The translations under genes were made by a program, and so were the position numbers. The notes under the pieces were generated by a model. It saw only the letters and a list, made by a program, of their open reading frames with translations. It ran no database searches and had not been told where the DNA came from. Below are positions 27,001-39,871 of a stretch of 64,000 nt of DNA, piece after piece. The DNA is from a bacterium (GTDB lineage: Bacteria; UBA8248), in assembly GCA_965242545.1 (NCBI GenBank), contig OZ251456.1, forward strand, positions 21,146 to 85,145, in the 5' to 3' direction. Position 1 is the first letter of the stretch; every line of letters begins with the position of its first letter.

Positions 27001-30000
27001 GGACGGTGATCACGGGGACGGTTCACGACCCTTCGAGCGCGTTCACGACGGTGTCGGGGAGCATCGGGCGGATCGTCTATACGAGCGGGGGGACGGTGAC
27101 GGTGGCCGCGGCGGGCCGGCTCACGGGGGCGTCGGGCGAGGCGGTTCGCAGCGACGCGGGCAACCTGAGCGTGACCATCGCCGGGCGGGCGACGGGCGAC
27201 GTTGAGGCGGGGGGCAGCGGGAACCTGACCCTGAGCCTCACCGGGAGCGGGCGGCTGGACGGCGACGCCGAGGCGGGGGGGACGCTGACGCTGACGGCGG
27301 CGGCGGGAACGGTGATCACGGGGACGGTTCACGACCCTTCGAGCGCGTTCTCCACGGTGTCGGGGAGCATCGGGCGGATTCTCTACACGAACGGCGGGAC
27401 GGTGGCGGTGGCCGCGGCGGGCGCTTTGACGGGGGTTTCGGGCGAGGCGGTTCGCAGCGACGCGGGCAACCTGAACGTGGACGTCTCGGGCCGGGCGGGG
27501 GGCGACGTCATCGCCAACGGCGGGGGCGATCTGGACCTGGACGTGCTGGGTTCGGGGCGGGTCGAGGGTGACGTCAAGACCTCGGGCGGGGGCGACCTGG
27601 ACGTCTCCCTGGCCGGCACCGGGCGGATTGACGGCGACGTGCGCGCCCAGGGCGGGGGCGACCTGACGCTCGCCTCGGCGGCGAATACCGTCATCACGGG
27701 CACGGCCTACGACCCGACGGGCGCGCTGTCGGTGGCGGGGAGCGTCGGACGGATTCTCTATACGAACGGCGGGGACGTGACGGTCGCATCGGGGGGCGCC
27801 CTGACGGGCATCGATGGCGTGGCCGTCCGCAGCGCCGCGGGGAACCTGGACGCCGACGTCGCCGGGCGCGCGGGAGGCGACGTCATCGCCAACGGCGGGG
27901 GCGATCTGGACGTGGACGTCTCGGGTACGGTCGCGGGCGACGTTCTGGCGAACGGCGGCGGCGACCTGACGGCGGACCTCACCGGGACCGGGCGGGTGGA
28001 AGGCGATATCCGGGCCTCGGGCGGGGGGACGCTGACGCTGACGGCGGCGGCGGGGACGGTCATCACGGGGACGGTTTACAGTCCCGCGAGTCCGTTCACG
28101 GTGTCGGGGAGCATCGGGCGGATTGTTTATACGAACGGCGGGACGGCGACGGTGGCCGCGGCGGGCGCCCTGACGGGGGTCTCGGGCGAGGCGGTTCGCA
28201 GCGAGGCGGGGGACTTGAGCGTGACCGTCGCCGGGCGCGCGGGAGGCGCCATCCTGGCGAACGGCGGGGGCGACCTGACGACGGACGTCTCGGGGACGGT
28301 CGAGGGCGACGTTATCGCCTCGGGCGGGGGCGACGTGGAGGTGGACGTCACGGCCGCCGGGCGGATCGAGGGAGACGTTCGCGCCGAGGGCGGCGGGATG
28401 CTGACGCTGACGGCGGCGGCGGGGAGCGTCATCACGGGGACGGTCTACGGCCGCCCCGCGGGCGCGTTCACGGTGGAGGGCAGCATTGGACGGCTGGTCT
28501 ACGCGAGCGGGGGCGAGGTGACGGTCGCCGAGGGCGGCGTCCTGACGGGGGTGGATACCGGGGACGGCATGGAGGTGATTCGGAGCGAGGCGGGGGATTT
28601 GAGCGTCACGGTGGCCGGGCGGATCGGGGGCGGCATCCGCTCCGCGGGCGGCCTGGACGTCACGATAACGAGCGCGGCGCCGGGCGACCTCCGCGCGGGC
28701 GGCGACATGACGGCGGATATATCCGGGACGGTCGAGGGCGACCTGGACGCCGGCGGCGATTTGACGGCGACGATCACCGGGGAAGTCGAGGGCGACCTCG
28801 CCGCCGGGGGCGACATGACGGCGGAGATTTCGGGAACGGTCGAGGGGAGCGTCCGCGCGGGCGGGGCCGTGACGGCGGAGCTCTCCGGGCGGATCGAGGG
28901 CGACCTGGACGCCGGCGGGGCGCTGGCGCTGACGGCGACGTCGGGGAGCGTCATCGCGGGCACGCTTCGCGGCCCCGGGGGCGCGTTCACGGTGAGGGGG
29001 AGCATCGGGCGGATCCTTTACCGGGGGGCGGGGACGGTGACCGTGCCCGAGGGCGGCGTTCTGACGGGCGTGGATACCGGGGACGGCATGGAGGTGATTC
29101 GGGGCGAGGCGGGGGACTTGAGCGTGGTGGTGGCCGGGACGGTGGGGGGCGGCATCCGCTCCGCGGGCGGCCTGGACGTCACGATAACGAGCATGGTGCC
29201 GGGCGACGTTCGCGCGGGCGGCGACGTGACGGCGGACGTCTCCGGGACGCTGACCGGCGACCTGGACGCCGGGGGCGACATGACGGCGGATATCACCGGG
29301 ACGCTGACGGGCGACGTGGTCGCCGGGGGTGATTTGACGGCGGATATTTCGGGGACGGTTGACGGGAGCGTCCGCTCCGGGGGCGACCTCACGGCGGTGA
29401 TCACCGGGATGGTGACGGGCGACGTGGAGGGACCGGGCGCGGGCGATCACACCGTGACGGTCTCGGCGGGGGCGGTGGTGACGGGAACGGTTCACCTGGC
29501 GGCCTCCACCGTGCGGGTGGACGGGACGGTGGGCGGGGTGCGCTTCCGGCGGGGCGGAACCCTCACCATCGGGCCGAACGGGCGGATACTGGCGGGCGAA
29601 GGGGTGGCGATACGCAACGACCGGGGCGCGCTGACGGTGACGATAGAGGCGGCCCCGGGCGAGCGGCCCGAGGAGAGCGTCGCCCGGGTGGAGGGGACGG
29701 TGGTGGACCCGGGCGGGAACGAGCGGGCGCGGACGCTGACCCTCCTCTCGACGGACGGGCAGACGGCCGAGCTGAGCCTGGACCTGGAGGGGCGGATCAG
29801 GAGCGGCCTGCCCCCGCGCGCGAAGGTGTATGAGGCGCTGCCCTCGGTTCTGCTGGGCATGAGCCGCCCGCTCTCCTACGGGGAGCGGCTGAGCGCGCCG
29901 CGCTCGCCCCGGGGCGCCTGGGCGCGGGTCGAGGGCGCGAGCGCCAGCTGGAAGGCGGTCTCCTCCGCCTCGGACGCGGAATACGACATGAAGCGCCACG

Positions 30001-30692
30001 GCGTCCGCGCGGGCGTGGACCTGCGCGCGGGGGCGGACTTCCTGCTCGGCTTCTCGGTTCATCACGTTCGGGGCTCGGCGAACATGGGCGCGGACGACGA
30101 GGGCGGGGAGCTCGAGGCGCGGGGCAGCGGGCTGGGGCTTCACGCGGCGTGGGCCTTCGGCGGGGGCTTCTACGCGGCGGGGCAGTTCGAGGCGACCTCC
30201 TACGAGGCGGACATGGAGTCGGACCGGCGGGGGGAGCTGGAGACGGGCGCCCGCGCCCTGGGCCTGACGGTCGGGGCGGAGCTGGGGCGCCGCGTCGCCT
30301 CCGGGGGGGTGACCATCGCCCCGCGCGTCCGGCTGGTTCACGCCTCGGTCTCGATGGACGACTTCACCGACGAGGCGGGCTCCGAGGTCTCGGTCAAGGA
30401 CGCCGCCAGCTTCACGGGCGCGGCGGGCGTGAGCGTGGAGAAGCGCACCCGCGCCGGGCGCGCGTTCGTCTCGGCGGACTTCGAGCGGGAGTTCATCGAG
30501 GAGACCCGGGTGAAGCTCGACCGCGACGCCCTGAAGGCCAAGGCGTCGGAGAGCCGGCTTCGCCTGCGCGCGGGCGGCCTCCACGCCTGGGGCGGGGGCA
30601 GATACGCCGTGCGCGGCGCCCTGGACTTCTCCGCCGCCGGCGATGAAAGCTACGAGGTCGGCGGCAGCCTCGCCTTCCGCGTGAGGTTCTAG
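24042..30692 (+). CDS. giant autotransporter adhesin (~2,216 aa) with a repetitive passenger domain and a C-terminal beta-barrel
   Basis: Signal peptide ...WGRLAGLLAGLALAGLLLAPGEARA-QA. Passenger domain of Gly/Thr/Val-rich beta-helix-like repeats, including ~101-aa modules repeated near-identically. The C-terminal 300 aa are homologous to the 8149..9543 protein and end in ...FRVRF. Start codon uncertain: ATG 24042 reads through a palindromic repeat module. Confidence 0.7.
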   Translation: MRTPDGAGRNYASPTKSSPPCFRRGRGQPRGVVPTDIKPAWGRLAGLLAGLALAGLLLAPGEARAQALLCGNSNNVRLDCPNRDYPDGIVYGIAGDSSNISHGIPQTLNLLGHSSGPITLTAGARGVAFGARASGGAGLTLNIGGATGGTAHVVRFVQGTNSVSGIDRNNGIYVWRTANNTGASTTLNVKAGVTIGTMATPMKQHGIFLRPHADRPSAGRGSAGLTLTSAATIHAARQGIRIVRQTGGTNDATTVTNTGAIHSGVGNAAATGSYVDRPHGIYALHGGTQRTGSLTVTNSGDITVGGAYTGILMNYWGAGALSLDNRGDIAAATGQTAKQGIQFNYKYWDNQSAQAITLTNSGDITASEFGIRLTKLSGGAVELTNSGAITVTGDAAQHAGHAIYLAEGVTFGEGRTYAANGGALTVDNSGVLSSKNHALYVYLATADDDVELENSGDVVSEEGDGIRIERVVEGDVAVENSGSVSGKGHGIYVGQAARIDFEQSGSGTIRGRTGVYLGVAKESASGDSRSTDSGGDHIPAIDVTWSGGSVARGPATTGARFTATTWLETSVADREATVVKSVEDSLRWGAAAGLEARVLSWRAVMEQVAAGDDPGVIANAAAQTTLLATSGAGSRRATILAQVRAMLGNDDLSVGTDLLTAIDSTATSVSDLSDAEIATYLTQDAPDIRIILRNILRYGLSAAEKAVLAAVVAGDGTALTTALAVTTPAAFSSAYKTAVTGLLSRYNLDDVSVSMTGGEIASRGDGIRAYYATANDSNGSVEITIGANAAVEGDVHGIHVSGGGVNASSVKQQRVTVNGRVTGGTGAGVHLVGGGTVTVGAGGRVGATSGTAIETSDGGDLTAAISGRVEGDIRAAGTLTLTSAAGSVITGTVHDPSGSLSVAGSIGRIVYTSGGTVTVAAAGRLTGVSGEAVRSDSGDLSVTIAGRATGDVEAGGSGNLTLSLTGSGRLDGDAEAGGTLTLTAAAGTVITGTVHDPSSAFTTVSGSIGRIVYTSGGTVTVAAAGRLTGASGEAVRSDAGNLSVTIAGRATGDVEAGGSGNLTLSLTGSGRLDGDAEAGGTLTLTAAAGTVITGTVHDPSSAFSTVSGSIGRILYTNGGTVAVAAAGALTGVSGEAVRSDAGNLNVDVSGRAGGDVIANGGGDLDLDVLGSGRVEGDVKTSGGGDLDVSLAGTGRIDGDVRAQGGGDLTLASAANTVITGTAYDPTGALSVAGSVGRILYTNGGDVTVASGGALTGIDGVAVRSAAGNLDADVAGRAGGDVIANGGGDLDVDVSGTVAGDVLANGGGDLTADLTGTGRVEGDIRASGGGTLTLTAAAGTVITGTVYSPASPFTVSGSIGRIVYTNGGTATVAAAGALTGVSGEAVRSEAGDLSVTVAGRAGGAILANGGGDLTTDVSGTVEGDVIASGGGDVEVDVTAAGRIEGDVRAEGGGMLTLTAAAGSVITGTVYGRPAGAFTVEGSIGRLVYASGGEVTVAEGGVLTGVDTGDGMEVIRSEAGDLSVTVAGRIGGGIRSAGGLDVTITSAAPGDLRAGGDMTADISGTVEGDLDAGGDLTATITGEVEGDLAAGGDMTAEISGTVEGSVRAGGAVTAELSGRIEGDLDAGGALALTATSGSVIAGTLRGPGGAFTVRGSIGRILYRGAGTVTVPEGGVLTGVDTGDGMEVIRGEAGDLSVVVAGTVGGGIRSAGGLDVTITSMVPGDVRAGGDVTADVSGTLTGDLDAGGDMTADITGTLTGDVVAGGDLTADISGTVDGSVRSGGDLTAVITGMVTGDVEGPGAGDHTVTVSAGAVVTGTVHLAASTVRVDGTVGGVRFRRGGTLTIGPNGRILAGEGVAIRNDRGALTVTIEAAPGERPEESVARVEGTVVDPGGNERARTLTLLSTDGQTAELSLDLEGRIRSGLPPRAKVYEALPSVLLGMSRPLSYGERLSAPRSPRGAWARVEGASASWKAVSSASDAEYDMKRHGVRAGVDLRAGADFLLGFSVHHVRGSANMGADDEGGELEARGSGLGLHAAWAFGGGFYAAGQFEATSYEADMESDRRGELETGARALGLTVGAELGRRVASGGVTIAPRVRLVHASVSMDDFTDEAGSEVSVKDAASFTGAAGVSVEKRTRAGRAFVSADFEREFIEETRVKLDRDALKAKASESRLRLRAGGLHAWGGGRYAVRGALDFSAAGDESYEVGGSLAFRVRF

Positions 30693-30699
30693 CCGCGGG

Positions 30700-31410
30700 A
30701 CGCGAAAACGCGAATCGACCGGGCGCGGGGAACGGCGAATCACGCCCCCGCGCCCGGTTTTTTGCGCGGCAAAACGGGACGCATATATGCGTCCCCTACG
30801 GGCCGGGGGTGGCGTCATCCAATTGTAGGGGGCGCGGACACCCGCCCCGCACCTGCGCGTCACCTACCCCCTACGCAAAACCGCCGCCCTGTTTCCGTAG
30901 GGGGCGCATATATGCGCCCCGATTGTGGGACGGCGACGACGCGGCGCGGACAACCACGGGGGGTTGTCCCTACGGAAACAAAATTCCCCGCGCGCATTTG
31001 CCCGCATTTGCCGTCGCCCGAAAAGAAGCGAAAAAGGTACCATTCGAGCTGAAACGCGCCCGATTCCCGATCAAAAAGGCGTCTTTTTCCGTCGAACCGA
31101 AAATCTTTCAATTCAAATACAATCGAGCGAATTCAAAACGAATTCAAGGCGTTTTCAGGCGAATTGACGCAGCTTTCAGGAACGCATAACCGCTTGATTC
31201 AAAACGAAAAACGCCGAAACGCGGGGAATTTTATCTGGATAAGACCCGATCGGGCGGATCGCCCTCTCGCCCCGATCCCGGCCATTCTCCCGGCCCCGAT
31301 CTGCCATTCCGCCGCGCCGGGGTCGGCTCATCCTCTCCCCGCTCCGATCGGCCCCTCCACCGGGAGTGGTTTCCCCCTCGCCCCCGAAGCCCGGATCCCG
31401 ACCATCGCTC
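30700..31410. repeat. right copy of the ~0.7-kb inverted repeat (see 7441..8148)
   Basis: 30990-31245 is ~90% identical to the reverse complement of 7650-7900. It includes palindromic modules and 25-nt GATCGGGGC... units. Confidence 0.75.
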
Positions 31411-31416
31411 CCCGGC

Positions 31417-32193
31417 TCACCTGCCTTTCCATCGCGGCTTTCTTTTCTCCAGGAAGGCGCGCAGCCCCTCCGCCTTGTCCTCGGTTTCGCAAAGCGCGCC
31501 CTGGGCGAACTTCTCGAGCGCCAGCCCCGCCTCCATGCTCCCCTCCATGCCGCAGCGCACCATGGCCTTCATGAACTGCGGCACGAAAGGCGCGTAGCCC
31601 GCCAGTTTCCGCGCCATCTCGCGGACCTCGGGCAGGAGGTCGTCGGGTTCCGCCAGCCGGGTGACGAGGCCGATTTCGAGGGCGCGCTCCGCGCCGATGA
31701 CCTCTCCCATCAGGAGCATCTCCATGGCCCAGGCGCGCCCGACGAGGCGGGGCAGGCGCTGGGTGCCGCCGCCGCCCGGGATGATGCCGAGCCGCCCCTC
31801 CGGCGTGGCGAATTTCGAGGCCGGCGTGGCGATTCGCAGGTCGCAGCCGAGCGCCACCTCCAGGCCGCCGCCCATGCAGTAGCCGTTGATCGCCGCGATC
31901 GTCGCCTTGGGCGTTCTCTCCAGGCGCTCCGCCACCCCCTGCACCAGGGGGGTGAGCGCGATTTCGAGGCTGCGGCGCTCGACTTCCTCCAGGTCGGAGC
32001 CGGAGGCGAAGGCCTTGCCGCCCGCCCCGGTGACGGCGATGGCGCGGATGGCCTCCTCCCCCGCCGCCCGGGCGATGGCGGCGTGCAGATCGTCCAGCGT
32101 GGCCAGGGAGATGGCGTTGAGCCGCTCGGGGCGGTTGATGGTGATCAGGGCGAGGGGCCCGTCCGCTTCATACAACACGTTTTCGTATGGCAT
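31417..32193 (-). CDS. enoyl-CoA hydratase/isomerase (crotonase family)
   Basis: MPYENVLYEADGPLALITINRPERLNA... and ...INGYCMGGGLEVALGCDLRIA... are crotonase motifs. Confidence 0.85.
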   Translation of the reverse strand: MPYENVLYEADGPLALITINRPERLNAISLATLDDLHAAIARAAGEEAIRAIAVTGAGGKAFASGSDLEEVERRSLEIALTPLVQGVAERLERTPKATIAAINGYCMGGGLEVALGCDLRIATPASKFATPEGRLGIIPGGGGTQRLPRLVGRAWAMEMLLMGEVIGAERALEIGLVTRLAEPDDLLPEVREMARKLAGYAPFVPQFMKAMVRCGMEGSMEAGLALEKFAQGALCETEDKAEGLRAFLEKRKPRWKGR

Positions 32194-32238
32194 GACCGTC
32201 CTTTCTCGGCGGGCGCGCGCCGCGCTTCTCTCCGGGGG

Positions 32239-33231
32239 TCAGGCGTCTCTCGCGACCCTGTTTCGCAGTATCCCGATTCCCTCGATTTCCAGCTCGATCA
32301 CGTCGCCCGGCCTTATCCATCTGTCGAGGTCCGCCCCGCAGCCCGTGGCCACCGTGCCGGAGCCGAACATCTCCCCCGGGAGGAGCTCCTCCTCCATCGA
32401 GGCGTATTCGATCATCCTCTCCCAGGAATAGTAGGCGTCGCCCGCGTTGCCCCTGCTCCATTCCTCGCCGTTGACGCGGGCGATCATCGCGGCGTCGGCG
32501 GGGTCGAACTCGTCCGGCGTGACGATGCACGGGCCGACCGCCGTGCCGAAGTCCTTGCCCTTGTGCGGCCCCAGCCAGTTCTTCATCTCGGCGATCTGGA
32601 TGTCGCGCGCGCTGAAGTCGTTGAGCGCGCTGAAGCCGAAAACGTGCGCCATCGCGTCTTCCTGGCGGATGTCCCTGCCGCGCTTTCCGATGAACATGGC
32701 GAGCTCCAGCTCGTAGTCGAGCTTTTCGGTGTAGCGCGGCCATCTGATCTCATCCTCCGGGCCGATGATGGAGAGGCGGTTTCCCTTGTAGCAGGAGGGC
32801 AGTTCATACCAGACGGGGTCGATGACCGCGTTCCGCCGCCGCGCGCCCGCGGCCTTGTGGCCTTCGTGGATCAGAAAATCGCGAAACGCCTTGGGGCGCG
32901 GCGCGGGCGCGCGCAGACGCGCCTCATCGAGGGAGAAGGCGAGCCGCTCGCCTCCCGGCCCGCGCCGGGCGGCGTCCGCCAGGATGAACTCCTGGGCCGC
33001 CCGGGCGGCCGCCAGCGAGGGCGCGCCGCCCGCCATGAGCGCGCACATGTCCTGGGGAAGCCGGAAGTCGGCGTATTCCCGAAAGCGCGGCTCCTCGCCC
33101 TCTTCCCTGAGGAGGGCGGCGTAGCCGTTCGCGAGGTCGAGGGCGATTGGCCCGTCGGTGCCCTGCGCCAGCGCGCCGACGCGCGAGACGCGGCCAAGAG
33201 GGGTGGCGACTTCAAACGTGATGAACTTCAT
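32239..33231 (-). CDS. fumarylacetoacetate hydrolase (FAH) family protein
   Basis: Start MKFITFEV at 33231 with a GAGGGAGA SD. The C-terminal ...GTAVGPCIVTPDE... and ...GDVIELEIEGIGILRNRV... are FAH-fold motifs. Confidence 0.75.
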   Translation of the reverse strand: MKFITFEVATPLGRVSRVGALAQGTDGPIALDLANGYAALLREEGEEPRFREYADFRLPQDMCALMAGGAPSLAAARAAQEFILADAARRGPGGERLAFSLDEARLRAPAPRPKAFRDFLIHEGHKAAGARRRNAVIDPVWYELPSCYKGNRLSIIGPEDEIRWPRYTEKLDYELELAMFIGKRGRDIRQEDAMAHVFGFSALNDFSARDIQIAEMKNWLGPHKGKDFGTAVGPCIVTPDEFDPADAAMIARVNGEEWSRGNAGDAYYSWERMIEYASMEEELLPGEMFGSGTVATGCGADLDRWIRPGDVIELEIEGIGILRNRVARDA

Positions 33232-33480
33232 CTCCCTCTCCCGTGAAAGAGGCCGGCGCGGGGCGCGGAAATTTCCGTTGCCTCCGAAAATAGCACGGTT
33301 CGCCTCGCGCGGGGAGGCGACGCTCGCCGAAGCCCCGCGACCGCGCGACCGGAGAGCCGAAATTCGGGAAGTTGCAAAATATCCCCCGAAGGTCTTGACT
33401 TCGGCCATGGGCGCAGGTAGGTTTAGGCGTTTTCTGGGGGTAGGGCGTCCAAGCGGCCTCCCTGGAAAACATGTGAATTC

Positions 33481-34149
33481 ATGAGCCATTCCCCAACGGT
33501 TTTCGTGGAAGCGCCTGAACCTTTCGGGGGTGGGCTTATGTCCGACGCGGGCGTGATGAGAGAGGGATCGATGGGCCGTCTTCTTCGTTTCAGGCGATTC
33601 GCGCCCGTTCTGGCGCTGGTTCTCGGGCTGCTCGCCGAGCCCGCGGCGTCCTGGGCGGCGAGCGTCCCGCAAAGCGGCTTCGGCGGGTGGCTCGCGAGCT
33701 TCAACCTCGGGAGCGGGGCGCTCGTCATCAACCCGCTCGTCATCCTCGTGCAGTGGGCCAATTTTCTGATTCTCCTGGTCGTCCTCAACAAAATTCTGAT
33801 CAAGCCCCTGATGGGCCTCATGGAATCGCGCGACGCGGAGATCGCCGGCGACCTCGAAGCCGCCGAACGGGACAGGGGCGAAGCGTCGGGCTACGTCAGC
33901 CAGTATGAGGATTCGCTGGCGGAAATTCAGCGGGAGAACACGGAAGCCCTCGCCGCTCTCCAGCAGGAGATGACGGAGGCGAGCCGAAAGAGTCTCGACG
34001 GGATTCGGGAGAGAACGAACCGCGAGATTGAGGAAACGCGCCAGTCCCTCGTGATCCAGGCGGGGCGGGCGGCTTCCCAGCTCGAGGAGAGGGCCGACCG
34101 GCTGGCGAGCGAAATTGCCAGCAAACTCGCGGGCCGCAGGGTCGAATAA
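33481..34149 (+). CDS. atpF: F0F1 ATP synthase subunit b-prime
   Basis: A TM helix (LVILVQWANFLILLVVLNKILIKPL) followed by a long charged helix. First of two b-type subunits. Start uncertain (possibly ATG ~33571). Confidence 0.65.
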   Translation: MSHSPTVFVEAPEPFGGGLMSDAGVMREGSMGRLLRFRRFAPVLALVLGLLAEPAASWAASVPQSGFGGWLASFNLGSGALVINPLVILVQWANFLILLVVLNKILIKPLMGLMESRDAEIAGDLEAAERDRGEASGYVSQYEDSLAEIQRENTEALAALQQEMTEASRKSLDGIRERTNREIEETRQSLVIQAGRAASQLEERADRLASEIASKLAGRRVE

Positions 34150-34152
34150 GGG

Positions 34153-34758
34153 ATGACGGAAACCGTGCTTTCAGCGAGAAGACGCTGGTGTCTTTCGGGC
34201 CTTCTGCTTGCGGCGGCGCTGCTTTCGCCGGAAGGCGCTCTGGCCGCGGAGGCGCATCACAAGGCGTTCAGCTTCACCGAGGAGCTCTTCAAGCTCGTCA
34301 ACACGCTCGTCGTCGTGGTCATCCTTTACAAGTTCGCGTTTCATCCCCTCAAGAATTTCCTGAAAGACAGGAGAGAGGGCGTTCGCAAGGCGCTCGAGGA
34401 GGCCAGGGCGGCGCGCGATGAAGCGGAAAAGCAGCTTGCCGAGCAGCGCGAGAAGGTGGCCGACCTGGAGACCGAGCTCGCCCGCGTTCGCGATCGGGGA
34501 GAGAAGGAGCGCGGCGCGCTGAAGGAAAGACTCGAGGAGGAGCGGGAGACCCAGGAGCGGCGCCTGCTGGATCAGACGAGGGCGACCATCGGGCTCGAAA
34601 TCTCCAAGGCGCGCGCGGAGCTGCGGAGCCAGGCGGCGAGCCTGGCGCTGGGTCTGGCGGAGGAGATGCTCAAAAACAAGCTGGACGAGACGGATCAGGA
34701 AAGATTCGTTGCGAGCTATCTCGCCGAACTCGACAACAGAAACGGAGGATCGCTGTGA
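34153..34758 (+). CDS. atpF: F0F1 ATP synthase subunit b
   Basis: ...LVNTLVVVVILYKFAFHPLKNFLKDRREGV... followed by a coiled-coil. Confidence 0.7.
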   Translation: MTETVLSARRRWCLSGLLLAAALLSPEGALAAEAHHKAFSFTEELFKLVNTLVVVVILYKFAFHPLKNFLKDRREGVRKALEEARAARDEAEKQLAEQREKVADLETELARVRDRGEKERGALKERLEEERETQERRLLDQTRATIGLEISKARAELRSQAASLALGLAEEMLKNKLDETDQERFVASYLAELDNRNGGSL

Positions 34759-35297
34759 CAGGCGGCGAGGCGGCGCGGCGCTACGCGCGGGCATTGGTGG
34801 AAATCGCCGAGAAGCGAGACGCCCTGGACGAGACCGGAGAGGCTCTGGCGGAGATCGCGGGTGAATTGCAGGGGAACCGGGAGCTGCGGCGCGTTCTGCT
34901 GAACCCGCGCTTCGCGCGAGGCGCGCGGGTGAGGATACTCGAGGATATCATGGACTCGTCGGGCGCGAGCGAACTGCTGCGGAATTTCGTGCGCGTGGCG
35001 GCCGAGAAAGATCGCGTCGGCGAGTTGTCCGCCATGGCGCGGAGCTATCAGCAGCTTGCGGACGAGAGGCGCGGCCGGGTTCGCGCCCGCGTGAGCGCGG
35101 CGCGCGACCTCGACCCCGCCGCCCTTGAGAAGCTGCGCGAGAAACTCTCCGAGATGACCGGCAGCGAGGTTCTCGTGGAAGTGGAGAGGGACGAAACATT
35201 GATTGGAGGGCTGGTCTGCCGCCTGGGCGGCGTCGTCATGGACGGAAGCATCCGCAACCAGCTTCGCAGCCTGCGGAAGACGCTGATTGCGAATTGA
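34755..35297 (+). CDS. atpH: F0F1 ATP synthase subunit delta
   Basis: OSCP/delta family. The GTG start overlaps the atpF stop (GTGA). Confidence 0.75.
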   Translation: MTGGEAARRYARALVEIAEKRDALDETGEALAEIAGELQGNRELRRVLLNPRFARGARVRILEDIMDSSGASELLRNFVRVAAEKDRVGELSAMARSYQQLADERRGRVRARVSAARDLDPAALEKLREKLSEMTGSEVLVEVERDETLIGGLVCRLGGVVMDGSIRNQLRSLRKTLIAN

Positions 35298-35338
35298 CGC
35301 TTTTTCGGGAGTCAGCTGAAGAATCAAGGGGGCAATTC

Positions 35339-36880
<1,542 letters not shown>

Positions 36881-36887
36881 GCGGAAA

Positions 36888-39276
<2,389 letters not shown>

Positions 39277-39279
39277 GGA

Positions 39280-39705
39280 ATGACCGAAGGAAAGATGACG
39301 CTCGACATCGTGACGCCGGAGAGCAAGCTCGTCTCCGCCGAGGTGGACGAGGTGGCCGCCCCCGGCTTTCACGGCGAGATCGGCGTGCTGCCCCGGCACA
39401 CGCCCTATCTGTGTCAGCTCGGCGTCGGCGTGCTCAGCTACCGCTCCGGCAGCGCGCGGTATTTCGTCTCGATCGTCGAGGGGTTCGCCGAGGTGGGGCC
39501 GGACAGAATAACCGTTCTGGCCGAGAGCGCCGAGCGGGCGGAAGACATTGATTCCGCGCGTGCGGAGGAATCCCGCAAGCGCGCGGAAGAGCGCATGGCG
39601 GGCCGGGGACAGGAGGAGCGCTTCGATTTCGAGCGCGCCGAGGCGTCCCTGAGACGCGCCATCGCCCGCATTTCCGTGGCGCGGGAGAGCGGCATCGACG
39701 CCTAG
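39280..39705 (+). CDS. atpC: F0F1 ATP synthase subunit epsilon
   Basis: MTLDIVTPESKLVSAEVDEV... Confidence 0.85.
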   Translation: MTEGKMTLDIVTPESKLVSAEVDEVAAPGFHGEIGVLPRHTPYLCQLGVGVLSYRSGSARYFVSIVEGFAEVGPDRITVLAESAERAEDIDSARAEESRKRAEERMAGRGQEERFDFERAEASLRRAIARISVARESGIDA

Positions 39706-39871
39706 CGAAGCGTCCGGAATGGGGGGGGCCGCCGCTGACCGGGGGATGAATGGCGGCTCCGCTTTTCGTTTCATATCCAAAGCGCGCGTCTTCGTCGAAA
39801 AGAGCGCAGGGCGCGCTCTTGGAAATTGGCCGCCTGAAGCGGACGTCTTTGGGCTTGCGGGAGGTGACGCC

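Noticed and set aside
26850-30863. 1,337-aa minus-strand ORF antisense to the giant autotransporter
   Set aside because: A shadow ORF of a 70% GC, highly periodic coding region. Its composition is low-complexity, rich in R, P and A, with no motifs. The plus-strand frame has clear autotransporter features.
39706-39790. Intrinsic terminator after atpC
   Set aside because: A GC-rich inverted repeat is present, but the loop is ~18 nt and the U-tract is interrupted, which is too weak to call.
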